DNA of 64,000 nucleotides from Candidatus Margulisiibacteriota bacterium (GTDB lineage Bacteria; Margulisbacteria; Marinamargulisbacteria; SXXA01; SICP01): NCBI GenBank assembly GCA_009691415.1, contig SICP01000001.1, positions 40,446 to 104,445 of the forward strand, read 5' to 3'. Shown piece by piece: positions 55,084 to 64,000 of this stretch (position 1 is its first letter; each line of letters starts with the position of its first letter). The notes under the pieces were generated by a model. It saw only the letters and a program-made list of their open reading frames with translations, ran no database searches and was not told where the DNA came from. The position numbers and the translations under genes were made by a program.

Positions 55084-55845
55084 ATGTCTGTGATTAAACT
55101 GATGCAAACTGCGTGGAAAATGATTCGGCAAGATCCTATTGTGGTCGCACCGGCGCTTATTTTCTTTTTATGTTTGAATGTGGTTGAGTCGCAACTTTTG
55201 AAAGGCTTTGCGTTTGACAAACCGATTTCCCCGTTTCAGATTTGGGTGCTTTGTGGGGTGTTAGTGTTCAATTTATTTTGTGTGATTTTGAATACGTCGA
55301 TGGGGCTTTCTGTTTTGGATTCTGGCCAAGTGAATCTAAGATCTACGCTATGGCATTCTCTACGCGCATTTTTTTTATTAATGCTAGCAATGGTCTTTAT
55401 TCTTGTCCCGATTTTGGGTGTGGCTGCGGGAGCACTATGGCTTGGCAGTTTACTGGTTACAATTCCTTCTTTGATTTCAGTCATCACGATCGTAGGCCAA
55501 GGACTTGTGCTTCTTTTAATTTTGATTTTGATGATGGTATTACAGTTTTTTCCGATACTAGCTCTGGACATTGAAATTATATGGTTTCGTATTCCGATTG
55601 AGGCGGTGAGGTTTACGTGGACGCATCGGAGATCGGTATTGGTTTTTACCGCGTCTGTATATTTCGTTAAGTTAATGGGGCTATTATTGAGTCTTTCTTT
55701 TGCGTCGATTCCTGTTGTTGGAGAAGCTTTTTTTCTTGCGTTTTTCAGATCACTTTCCCAATGTATAGCCATTATGATGACAATTTTATTTTATATGGGC
55801 ATTCGTCAGTCTATTGAGAAGGCTTCGGTTACGACGTCTGTTTAA
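55084..55845 (+). CDS. Polytopic membrane protein of unknown function
   Basis: The ATG is 2 nt after the aroE stop. It has about 6 hydrophobic helices. Confidence 0.45.
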   Translation: MSVIKLMQTAWKMIRQDPIVVAPALIFFLCLNVVESQLLKGFAFDKPISPFQIWVLCGVLVFNLFCVILNTSMGLSVLDSGQVNLRSTLWHSLRAFFLLMLAMVFILVPILGVAAGALWLGSLLVTIPSLISVITIVGQGLVLLLILILMMVLQFFPILALDIEIIWFRIPIEAVRFTWTHRRSVLVFTASVYFVKLMGLLLSLSFASIPVVGEAFFLAFFRSLSQCIAIMMTILFYMGIRQSIEKASVTTSV

Positions 55846-55857
55846 AAAAAGGGCTCT

Positions 55858-56961
55858 ATGACAGGATTTAAAGTTGTATGCTGGCCAGCAGATTATTTGC
55901 ATTTAAATCCCGTCAATGTAGCCATTGGGATTTATGATTTTGTGCTACACAATCTTGTGGTTTCAAATGGAGAAGATATAGAGATAAAGATTGAGAGTAT
56001 GGTGTTTCAGCTTTTTTACGAAGGCCGGGTTGTTCAGACCTATCTGTATTCAGAGAAAGAATTAGAAAAAAGAAGCCGTTTGTCTCACTTAAAAATAAAT
56101 GAAATGCAGTCTCTTGAATCACTATTCCATCTCAAAAAATTACTAGGGAAAGAACCGCTTTCAGAGTCTCTTTTAATGAAGCCTCACACAGGAATTCATC
56201 TTGGGAAGTTTTATATATCTAGTCCGTTCCAACCTGAAAAATTAAAAATTGATATCACGGGAAAAACGGCCTCTCAAAAAACAGTAAACTCAATTGTAGA
56301 GGTAGAAATCAGGTCTCACTATTCAAAAAATCAGTATCACTTTCCTTTAAAAGATATCTGGCACGTCGATGCCTCCGCAGACTTGTTTTGCCATCATCGT
56401 TGGTGGGTGAACACACAATTTGCTTACGACTTTGTTAAAAAAAATGCTCAAGGAAAAACATTTAAAGGAAACGGGCATCGACTCACACAGAATTACAGCT
56501 TCGGCAAGGAAGTCAGGGCCTCATTAAAGGGCCGTGTTGTGAAGATAGAGAATACCATTCCTGAGTCGAAAAATATTTTAATAGATGATTTTGAAAGCGT
56601 GGCATTATTTATTGAGAAAATAAAAAAAAGCCAAACAGAAATATTGAAAAAATATGGAGATGAGGGGCCTTACGGAAACTATGTTTTGATCCAGCACGAC
56701 AATGAAGAATATTCATTTTATGCTCACTTGAAACAAGGTTCTATCTTGGTTAAAGTGGGAGATACTGTTGATACCCAGCAAAAAATAGCCGCGGTAGGAA
56801 ATTCAGGAAACTCAACAGAACCACATCTTCATTTTCATGTAGTAGATTCCCCTTCGTTTTTCACACAAAAAAGCATACCTTTTTCATTTGTGGATATCAC
56901 TCCAGGTTTTTTTGATACTCTGCATTACGGTGAATATTTATCATCTAATCGGATGACTTAG
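55858..56961 (+). CDS. M23-family (LytM-type) metallopeptidase domain protein
   Basis: The C-terminal motifs are GNYVLIQHDNEEYSFYAHL and GNSGNSTEPHLHFHV. Confidence 0.75.
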   Translation: MTGFKVVCWPADYLHLNPVNVAIGIYDFVLHNLVVSNGEDIEIKIESMVFQLFYEGRVVQTYLYSEKELEKRSRLSHLKINEMQSLESLFHLKKLLGKEPLSESLLMKPHTGIHLGKFYISSPFQPEKLKIDITGKTASQKTVNSIVEVEIRSHYSKNQYHFPLKDIWHVDASADLFCHHRWWVNTQFAYDFVKKNAQGKTFKGNGHRLTQNYSFGKEVRASLKGRVVKIENTIPESKNILIDDFESVALFIEKIKKSQTEILKKYGDEGPYGNYVLIQHDNEEYSFYAHLKQGSILVKVGDTVDTQQKIAAVGNSGNSTEPHLHFHVVDSPSFFTQKSIPFSFVDITPGFFDTLHYGEYLSSNRMT

Positions 56962-57051
56962 AGTAAAAAGATTACTTAGGTGTGACAAATATATTAAACT
57001 ATTTGAAAATTTGGCTAATTTTCTATACCCTGAGTGAGCTAGATTGCCAAT

Positions 57052-57141
57052 GGAAAGATGTCCGAGTGGCTTAAGGAGCACGCTTGGAAAGCGTGTGTGG
57101 GTGAAAGCTCACCGTGGGTTCGAATCCCACTCTTTCCGCCA
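57052..57141 (+). tRNA. tRNA-Ser (GGA)
   Basis: GGAAAGATGTCCGAGTGGCTTAAGGAGCACGCTTGGAAAGCGTG...long variable arm...GGTTCGAATCCCACTCTTTCCGCCA. Confidence 0.9.
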
Positions 57142-57144
57142 TGA

Positions 57145-57510
57145 ATTTTTGAGCTTAAAATATCTCCCTATCGCATTTCTGCAATCAACGATTTCATTCC
57201 TTCTCCGATTCATTTAGGCCAACAGTATAAGTTCCGAATTTGGCTGAAAAATATTTTTCCTGTGCTATGGGAATTAGAAATCATACGTTTTGAAAAAGAT
57301 CATTTATTTACAGATCTTCAGAAGAAAGGTTTTTTTAAATATTTTGAGCATACGCATCGCTGTGAACCTGTTGAAGGGGGCACACTTTATTTTGATGAAA
57401 TTACGTACCGATCTTTTTTTCCTGAGTGGGTAGATGAGACCTTAACGCAATATGAGTTTAATCGATTATTTAAGGTGAGACAGGAGAGAATGTTAGGCTT
57501 GTTGTGCTAG
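57145..57510 (+). pseudogene. 5'-truncated SRPBCC-superfamily (ligand-binding, cyclase/dehydrase-like) gene
   Basis: The frame opens right after the tRNA (stop at 57142-57144) and has no start codon. It reads ...ISPYRISAINDFIPSPIHLGQQYKFRIWLKNIFPVLWELEIIRFEKDHLFTDLQKKGFFKYFEHTHRCEP, which is the typical middle and C-terminal part of this family. The N-terminal roughly 30-40 aa are missing. Confidence 0.45.
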
Positions 57511-57774
57511 AGTATAAATGACGCTCAAATCAATAAACAACTTTAAAAACAGCCTCATATCTTGTACTAGGCCCTTTCCCACCACATTGTTTTATGACAC
57601 CGATTTCTAGCTCATGAGCCGATTATACGACTCAATCGGCTCAAAAATAAACAAATCATGACCGATCATGGGCTCATTAGCCAAATACTATTTAAATTCA
57701 TTTACAAGCTCAAACACAATTTCTTTAAATATAGACACTGTGTTTAGAATCTATTTCCATAAGGAATTCTATTT

Positions 57775-58740
57775 TTAGAGCCAATCAGACCGTTTCAATT
57801 TGAAATAAAGCCCCATGCAACACAACAACGTGAGTGTCAAAACTGCTGGATAGCCGTAGTGCCATTGGAGTTCTGGCATGAGGCGAAAATTCATGCCGTA
57901 GAGGCTGAAGATGAGGGTTGGGATGGCGAGGATGGCGCCCCACCCGGCTAGTCGTTTGACGATGTCGTTTTGTCTTGCTGCAACTAAGGCGAGGTGGACT
58001 TGCATGGCGGTGGTGAGCATTTCGCGCATGCCGTCAGATAGGTCGATAATTTTGTGTGTGTGGTCTTGAATGTCTCGGAAATAAACTCGTAGGTCTTTTG
58101 AAATAAGTTCTTCATGAAAGCGCATTAATTGGGTGCAGATGTCATTGACGGGTAGAACCATATTTTTTAGTCGCAATAAATTATTTTTGAGATCGTATAA
58201 TTCTTCCATTGTATTGCCGGTAAATCTATTTTTAAAAATATCTGTTTCTAATCGCTCAAATTCTTCTTCATAATGATTGATGATCGGGAAGTAGTGATCG
58301 ACGATAAAATCGATGAGGGTATAGAGAACGAATCCTGCGCCTTTGCTGAGCATTGCAGGCTGATGTTCGCATCGCTCTCTGACGCCCGCATAAGTGCTTG
58401 ATGCGCCGTGTCGAATGGTGATTAGAAAATTGATTCCGATAAAAATATGGGTCTCGCCATAGGCAATAGCACCCTTCTCCAACTCTGCTGTTTTAAGAAC
58501 TAAGAAAAGAGAGTCTCCATAGGTTTCTAACTTGGGGCGCTGATGAGCGTTTTTGGCATCTTCAATGACCAGCTCGTGTAAGCCAAATTCGGTTTGGATT
58601 TTTTCAAGTAACTCTAGGTCAGGTTCCCATAATCCTAGCCATATAAAACAGTCGGGGTCTTTAATGACGTCACTGACTGCTTCAATGGTGATATTACCAA
58701 CTCGTTTTCCTTGTCGATAGGATACGCAATTTACAATCAT
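57775..58740 (-). CDS. corA: CorA-family magnesium/cobalt transporter
   Basis: Two C-terminal TM helices with the YGMNF signature (LYGMNFRLMPE). Confidence 0.9.
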   Translation of the reverse strand: MIVNCVSYRQGKRVGNITIEAVSDVIKDPDCFIWLGLWEPDLELLEKIQTEFGLHELVIEDAKNAHQRPKLETYGDSLFLVLKTAELEKGAIAYGETHIFIGINFLITIRHGASSTYAGVRERCEHQPAMLSKGAGFVLYTLIDFIVDHYFPIINHYEEEFERLETDIFKNRFTGNTMEELYDLKNNLLRLKNMVLPVNDICTQLMRFHEELISKDLRVYFRDIQDHTHKIIDLSDGMREMLTTAMQVHLALVAARQNDIVKRLAGWGAILAIPTLIFSLYGMNFRLMPELQWHYGYPAVLTLTLLCCMGLYFKLKRSDWL

Positions 58741-58814
58741 GGAAGTCCTTATGGAAGGGTAAGATAGTAGGTAACCGTTTGTGTACGATTACCCTATCTT
58801 AGAAGTGAAGATGC

Positions 58815-58916
58815 TTATTTTTTTTGTTTCTTGTCGGCTTTTTCAGCGCGTTTTTCTTTGAGGCTTTTTGCGGGTTTTTTCTTTACATCTTTTTTGGCAT
58901 CTTGAGATTTTGACAT
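58815..58916 (-). CDS. 33-aa lysine-rich small protein
   Basis: MSKSQDAKKDVKKKPAKSLKEKRAEKADKKQKK*. It is preceded by AGGAGG 7 nt upstream of the ATG. It falls below the ORF-track length cutoff. Confidence 0.4.
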   Translation of the reverse strand: MSKSQDAKKDVKKKPAKSLKEKRAEKADKKQKK

Positions 58917-59015
58917 GGAACATCCTCCTGAAATTAATGTATTAAAATAACTTTTTACATTGTATCATCGAAGGAGAAAAATCAACTGTTTTTATATTAA
59001 GAATTGGAGAGGGCT

Positions 59016-59417
59016 ATGTTTTATTTTGGCTGTTTATTAATGGGGCTAGCGATTGCGATTCAGGCATTTGGTCATCATGCGCTTCAGACGCTTTTGAATG
59101 TGAAGCAATTGACGATGTTTGATACGGCATCACGATATGTGATGTGGGGTAGTATTTGGGTGATGGTATTGGGTATTGCGTCGCGGTTTTTACGAGTTTC
59201 ATCTTTTGGTATGGCGCTTATTTTTACGGGGTTGATGTTGTTTTGCGGAAGTTTGTTTGCGTATATTGTGGTCCCCTCCCCGCTTCTGATGATGGCGACG
59301 CCCATTGGGGGTGTCTTTATGATAGCTGGGTTTTGGATAGTGGCTATCTATGGTTGGATCGGATCAGACAACTCAAAACAGGTCTCGAACTCCGCACGAA
59401 AAAATACAATTATATGA
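59016..59417 (+). CDS. DUF423-like small membrane protein
   Basis: Four TM helices with an early GHHAL motif. Confidence 0.65.
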   Translation: MFYFGCLLMGLAIAIQAFGHHALQTLLNVKQLTMFDTASRYVMWGSIWVMVLGIASRFLRVSSFGMALIFTGLMLFCGSLFAYIVVPSPLLMMATPIGGVFMIAGFWIVAIYGWIGSDNSKQVSNSARKNTII

Positions 59418-60148
59418 AGCTACGATTAAAGCAATACCTCGTTTTTCTATTGGGCTTTTTGTGGATGGGCTGTCTGAGTGCAGACGATCAGGTGCATGTC
59501 TTGTGTTATCACACTTTTTTGGGAAAACCCAAAGTCTATACGGATTTTTCTATTGCAGAATTTAGGCAACAAATTCAGACTATCAAATCGCATGGCTATC
59601 GGTTTGTTACGCTTCAAGATGTATTGGGAAAATCGGTTAAAGGGCCAAAGAATGTGATGTTGGTTTTGGATGACGGCAATGTGTCGGCCTATCGTGCCTA
59701 TGAAGACGTATTAAAACCTAGTGGTATTAAAGCGGTGTTTGCGATTTATCCGGGCATTATTAATAAAGTGCATTATGCGATGAAATGGGAACACGTTTCT
59801 ACTCTAAAAAAAGACGGGAATGACATTGTCTCGCATGGTTATTTTCATGAATATTTAAACGATAAATTAAAATCTTCACGCCCTAAAGATTTTGATAAAG
59901 AAGCTGTGTTATCCAAAAAAATTCTGGAATCGAAAGTGGGCATTTCGGTTGTGAGTTATGTGTATCCGTTTGGGGTTGTGACGGCCTCTGGAAAAACGCT
60001 ATTGAAAGCGTCTGGTTATCGCTATGCGTTTTCCCTGGTCCAAAAACCGATGTTACTACCCATCGAACGTAATGGCGATTTACTCGATTTGCCTCGTTAT
60101 ATGGTCACTCGCCAAAACGCCAAAAACATTATCGGTATTTTCAAGTAA
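59414..60148 (+). CDS. Polysaccharide deacetylase (NodB-homology) family protein with signal/lipoprotein peptide
   Basis: MKLRLKQYLVFLLGFLWMGC..., then ...VLCYHTF...LDDGNVS...SHGYFH motifs. It has an ATGA start/stop overlap with the previous gene. Confidence 0.7.
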   Translation: MKLRLKQYLVFLLGFLWMGCLSADDQVHVLCYHTFLGKPKVYTDFSIAEFRQQIQTIKSHGYRFVTLQDVLGKSVKGPKNVMLVLDDGNVSAYRAYEDVLKPSGIKAVFAIYPGIINKVHYAMKWEHVSTLKKDGNDIVSHGYFHEYLNDKLKSSRPKDFDKEAVLSKKILESKVGISVVSYVYPFGVVTASGKTLLKASGYRYAFSLVQKPMLLPIERNGDLLDLPRYMVTRQNAKNIIGIFK

Positions 60149-60171
60149 GACCTTGATCACAATATGATGCT

Positions 60172-63100
60172 TTATACCTTCAACCATTCCTGAACTGTTG
60201 TCACAGATACGGGTGCGTCTTTTAATTCGGAGATTGCTTGTACAACGGCATTAAAGGCTGCTGCTGTTGTGACATAGGGAACACGTTTCATGAGTGCAGA
60301 ACGTCTTAGGGTATAACTTTCCACGACATCTTCTCCGTAACTTGTGTTGGCGATTAACTGATAGTGATGCTTCGTGATTTGACCTACCAAATGGTCTCCA
60401 CCTTCATGCTCTTTATTTACGGTTGTTGTATCGATTCCATTTGCTTTCAAAAAAGCAGCTGTCCCTTTTGTCGCAAAAATATGAAAGCCCTGATCACTCA
60501 GAGTTTTGACGGCGTTTAAGATAGATGGCTTATCTCTATCTTGAACGCTGATTAAAACATTGCCTGAGAGCGGAATAGGATTGCCTGCGCCTGCTTGGGC
60601 ACGGAAGAAGGATAGCCCAAAAGACTTATCAATACCCATGACTTCACCTGTCGATTTCATCTCTGGACCTAACAAGCTATCTGTATTCTCAAAACGTGCA
60701 AACGGAAACACCACTTCTTTGACAGAATAGTGCTCAGGAAATGGTGTGCGAAGTGAAAAATCGGTGAGCTTTTTACCAATCATTAATTTTACTGCGATAT
60801 TTGCGAGTGCATTTCCTGTGGCTTTTGCGACAAATGGAACTGTACGAGATGCACGTGGATTCACTTCAATAATAAAAAGCTGGTTACCTTGGTAGGCATA
60901 TTGTACGTTCATAAGCCCTACTACATTCAATGATTTTGCCAACTTCGTAGTAGTCTCATTAATTTCTTTAATCTGATCGGATGAGAGCGAAATGGTGGGT
61001 AGGGTACACGCAGAATCGCCTGAGTGAATACCGGCTTCTTCAATGTGTTCCATAATCCCTGCAACAAAAACATCGGTGCCATCAGACAAGGCGTCCACAT
61101 CAATTTCGGTTGCATTTTCTAAAAATTTATCCACCAAAATAGGGCCGTCCAAAATAAAATCTTGATGATGTTTTAAATATAATTCCAAATCTTTTTTACA
61201 TAATAAGATGGCCATTGCACGACCACCTAAAACATTAGAAGGCCGAATTACTACCGGATATTTCAAACGGTTAATCGTAGGTTCGATTTCTTCTATACGG
61301 TGGCAGATATCATTGTCAGGCTGCCGTAATTTCAACGTTTCTAGCAAGGCTTTGAATCGCTCGCGATCTTCCGCTAAGTCTAGTTTATCGGGCGTTGTTC
61401 CGATAATGGGAATGCCTGCTTCCTGTAGGGCTTTGGCAAGTTTTAGAGGGGTTTGTCCGCCGAACTGTACGACCACTCCTAACAATTCTCCACAAGACTG
61501 TTCTTTCAATGCAATTTCGATGACGTCTTCGGCCGTTAAGGGTTCGAAATATAATTTGTCCGATGTGTCATAATCTGTTGAAACGGTTTCGGGATTGCAA
61601 TTCACCATAATGGTTTCAATGCCTTCATCTTTCAGAGAAAAAGCGGCATGTACGCAGGCATAGTCAAACTCTATACCTTGACCAATACGATTGGGGCCAC
61701 CACCGAGAATCATGACTTTTTTACGTGCAGATGGATTTGATTCGCATTCAGCGTCTTGGACGGAATTGCCTTCGTACGTTGAATATAGATATGCTGTTTG
61801 ACAGTCAAATTCTGCAGCACACGTATCTACTTTCTTAAAAACAGGGTGGATGCCAAAAGAGAGGCGTTTTTGACGTACTACGGCTTCTTTTTCGCCAATA
61901 AGTTCTGCGATTCTGAGATCTGAAAATCCCATTTTTTTGTAACTATAAAAAGATGCTTTTGTTTGGGGTAGACCCTCTTTTTTTAATGCGGTTTCACAGG
62001 TTAGAATTTCTTCGATTTGGTCTAGATACCAGGGATCAAACTTAGACCATTCGTGAATGTCAGATTTGCTATATCCGAGTCGCAGGGCTTGGGCAATTTC
62101 TAAAAGACGGACGTGCGAGAACTTACTTAAAGCGGAGGCCATAGCCTCTCGATTTTCCGCCAATGTTTTTTGGGGATCAACGCCGTCAATCTCTACTTCA
62201 CTTAAACCAGCATATCCTTTTTCTATTGAGCGAAATCCTTTTTGTAGGCTTTCCGCAAACGATCTGCCAATGGACATGGCTTCCCCAACGGATTTCATTT
62301 GCGTAGAAAGAAGAGGACTTGAAAAGGGGAATTTCTCAAAAGTAAATCTTGGGATCTTAACAACAACATAGTCGATGGTAGGTTCGAATGATGCGGGGGT
62401 TACTTTGGTGATATCATTTTGGATTTCATCAAGTGTATATCCTACTGCCAATTTTGCAGCTACTTTTGCAATGGGATATCCCGTGGCTTTTGAGGCCAAG
62501 GCGGAAGACCGAGAGACCCGTGGATTCATTTCAATGACTACCGAACGGCCGGTCTTAGGATCTACTGCAAACTGGACATTGGATCCACCGGTTTCAACAC
62601 CAATTTCACGTAATACCGCAATCGATGCATCCCGCATAAGTTGGTATTCTTTGTCTGTTAATGTCAACGCAGGGGCGACTGTAATGCTATCGCCGGTGTG
62701 TATGCCCATCGGATCTACATTTTCAATCGAACAAATAATAATGGCATTGTCTTTTTTGTCGCGAATGACTTCCATTTCATATTCTTTCCAGCCGACGATG
62801 GACTCGTCAATAACTACTTCGCCCGTGGGTGACATTGACAATCCATTGGTTACAATTTCGATAAATTCTTCTTCCGTATGGGCAATGCCTCCACCACTTC
62901 CGCCTAATGTAAACGAAGGACGAATGACAGCAGGCAAACCAATTTCTTTGAGAGCACCGTTGGCTTCTTCTAGTGAATGGACAATCGCATGTCTGGTCAC
63001 ATCTAGGCCAATACGCGACATGGCTTCGTTAAATAATTTACGATTCTCAGATTTCTCAATGGCTTCGGCACTGGCTCCAATCATTTGGACACCATATTTT

Positions 63101-63426
63101 TCTAGGATTCCTAATTTGTGAAGATCCATTGCGGCATTGAGTGCCGTCTGTCCACCTACTGTGGGCAACAACGCATCGGGACGTTCTTTTGCAATAATTT
63201 TTTCTAAAAATTCAGAGGTAATCGGTTCAATATAAATACGATCTGCGGTGCTAGGATCTGTCATAATAGTGGCTGGATTGGAGTTAATTAAAATCACGCG
63301 GTAGCCTTCATTCTTTAAAATTCTACACGCTTGTGTGCCTGAATAATCAAATTCACAGGCTTGTCCAATCACGATAGGACCTGCACCTATAATTAAAATG
63401 CTATTAATGTCTGTTCTTTTTGGCAT
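60172..63426 (-). CDS. carB: Carbamoyl-phosphate synthase large subunit
   Basis: 1084 aa with duplicated ATP-grasp halves, an N-terminal [30 protein letters not shown] and a C-terminal MGS-like domain. Confidence 0.95.
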   Translation of the reverse strand: MPKRTDINSILIIGAGPIVIGQACEFDYSGTQACRILKNEGYRVILINSNPATIMTDPSTADRIYIEPITSEFLEKIIAKERPDALLPTVGGQTALNAAMDLHKLGILEKYGVQMIGASAEAIEKSENRKLFNEAMSRIGLDVTRHAIVHSLEEANGALKEIGLPAVIRPSFTLGGSGGGIAHTEEEFIEIVTNGLSMSPTGEVVIDESIVGWKEYEMEVIRDKKDNAIIICSIENVDPMGIHTGDSITVAPALTLTDKEYQLMRDASIAVLREIGVETGGSNVQFAVDPKTGRSVVIEMNPRVSRSSALASKATGYPIAKVAAKLAVGYTLDEIQNDITKVTPASFEPTIDYVVVKIPRFTFEKFPFSSPLLSTQMKSVGEAMSIGRSFAESLQKGFRSIEKGYAGLSEVEIDGVDPQKTLAENREAMASALSKFSHVRLLEIAQALRLGYSKSDIHEWSKFDPWYLDQIEEILTCETALKKEGLPQTKASFYSYKKMGFSDLRIAELIGEKEAVVRQKRLSFGIHPVFKKVDTCAAEFDCQTAYLYSTYEGNSVQDAECESNPSARKKVMILGGGPNRIGQGIEFDYACVHAAFSLKDEGIETIMVNCNPETVSTDYDTSDKLYFEPLTAEDVIEIALKEQSCGELLGVVVQFGGQTPLKLAKALQEAGIPIIGTTPDKLDLAEDRERFKALLETLKLRQPDNDICHRIEEIEPTINRLKYPVVIRPSNVLGGRAMAILLCKKDLELYLKHHQDFILDGPILVDKFLENATEIDVDALSDGTDVFVAGIMEHIEEAGIHSGDSACTLPTISLSSDQIKEINETTTKLAKSLNVVGLMNVQYAYQGNQLFIIEVNPRASRTVPFVAKATGNALANIAVKLMIGKKLTDFSLRTPFPEHYSVKEVVFPFARFENTDSLLGPEMKSTGEVMGIDKSFGLSFFRAQAGAGNPIPLSGNVLISVQDRDKPSILNAVKTLSDQGFHIFATKGTAAFLKANGIDTTTVNKEHEGGDHLVGQITKHHYQLIANTSYGEDVVESYTLRRSALMKRVPYVTTAAAFNAVVQAISELKDAPVSVTTVQEWLKV

Positions 63427-63455
63427 GAGTCTCTAATCCTTCTTGTGGTCAAAAG

Positions 63456-64000
63456 TTATGCGCATAAAACCGCTGCTTTATGGGTGATAATCATTTTTTT
63501 AAACTCTTCAAACAGCGCTTGAGTATCATGAGGGCCGGGAGAACTTTCGGGATGAAATTGCACAGAAAAAGCGGGTTTGTTTTTTAAGCGAATCCCCTCC
63601 ACGCTCTGATCAAATAAAGATATATACGTAATCTCAACCGTTTCAGGCACCACGTCTTGTGTAACACAAAATCCGTGGTTCTGACTCGTAATAAAGACAC
63701 GTCCCGTTGATAATTCCTTAACGGGTTGATTGGCACCGCGATGGCCTTGGTGCATTTTTTTCGTCGTTAGATTGGCTGCAAGTGACAATAACTGGTGTCC
63801 CAAACAGATTCCAAAAACAGGAATAGCGTGTTCGAGTAATTGGCGAATGACCGGCACGGCAAACTTGGCTGTTTCATACGGATCACCTGGACCATTTGAT
63901 AAAAAGATCCCTTCTGGATTAACCGCCATAATATCTGCAAAACTGGCAGTTGCCGGCATAACACAAACCGAAAAACCAGCATCCACCAATAAGCGCAAAA
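63456..64000 (-). CDS. carA: Carbamoyl-phosphate synthase small subunit, C-terminal glutamine amidotransferase part (5' end off the right edge)
   Basis: GICLGHQ catalytic Cys and a C-terminal FHPE..PGPHD motif. The frame is open to the window edge. Confidence 0.9.
   Translation of the reverse strand, partial: LRLLVDAGFSVCVMPATASFADIMAVNPEGIFLSNGPGDPYETAKFAVPVIRQLLEHAIPVFGICLGHQLLSLAANLTTKKMHQGHRGANQPVKELSTGRVFITSQNHGFCVTQDVVPETVEITYISLFDQSVEGIRLKNKPAFSVQFHPESSPGPHDTQALFEEFKKMIITHKAAVLCA

Noticed and set aside
57616-57642. The hairpin gagccgatt-N9-aatcggctc as a terminator for corA or the SRPBCC fragment.
   Set aside because: No U-tract follows the stem on either strand, and it lies more than 100 nt from either gene end. 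I cannot assign a function.
62375-63121. A 248-aa ORF on the plus strand, and similar long ORFs at 16146-17093, 38222-38752, 55236-55772, 52625-52963 and 51799-52155.
   Set aside because: All lie antisense to, or out of frame within, strongly supported genes (carB, LRR gene, PP2C gene, membrane protein, sucC, sucD). Their composition is low-complexity or biased, and they have no recognisable motifs.

Overview
The window is a 64 kb bacterial chromosomal segment of about 40% GC, judged by eye. It is gene-dense and probably comes from a diderm, host-associated organism; I cannot assign the lineage. All calls come from reading the ORF track and the DNA, with no database search.

The backbone is ordinary housekeeping: glmS (partial), recN, tlyA-like, a GT2 glycosyltransferase, gpsA, a polyprenyl-phosphate sugar transferase, nadD, plsY, lipA, grx-bolA, gcvT, hisC, purB, dnaG-rpoD, mgtA, msrB, sucCD, aroE, corA and carAB (carA partial). 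There are five tRNAs: Asn, Cys, Met/Ile2-type CAT, Ser, and the Cys one overlaps purB.

Three accessory regions stand out:
1. 15.4-20.1 kb holds two paralogous IpaH-like LRR genes. One carries a NEL-type E3 ubiquitin-ligase domain. They sit among decayed IS30 and HUH/Y1 transposase remnants.
2. 26.1-39.5 kb is a signalling locus and my main candidate for a novel system. It contains a sigma-54 NtrC/LuxO-like regulator, a 68-aa stand-alone DHp (H-box) protein, three tandem multi-TM histidine kinases (one hybrid, one with a deleted ATP-binding core), an alpha-oxoamine-synthase (CqsA/LqsA/BioF family) enzyme with a novel roughly 170-aa N-terminal extension, and a 7TM-PP2C phosphatase that shares its sensor module with one of the kinases. 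Two regulatory regions of the locus carry the same GTTGCA-N12-TGCAAC palindrome. A dead IS66-family element interrupts the locus.
3. 44.9-48.3 kb is a decayed tRNA-linked islet containing a GIY-YIG fragment, a Fic gene, a frameshifted HNH gene and ORF6N copies.

A family of GC-rich palindromic MITE/REP-like elements with AATACTCA...TGAGTATT ends is scattered through the intergenic regions.
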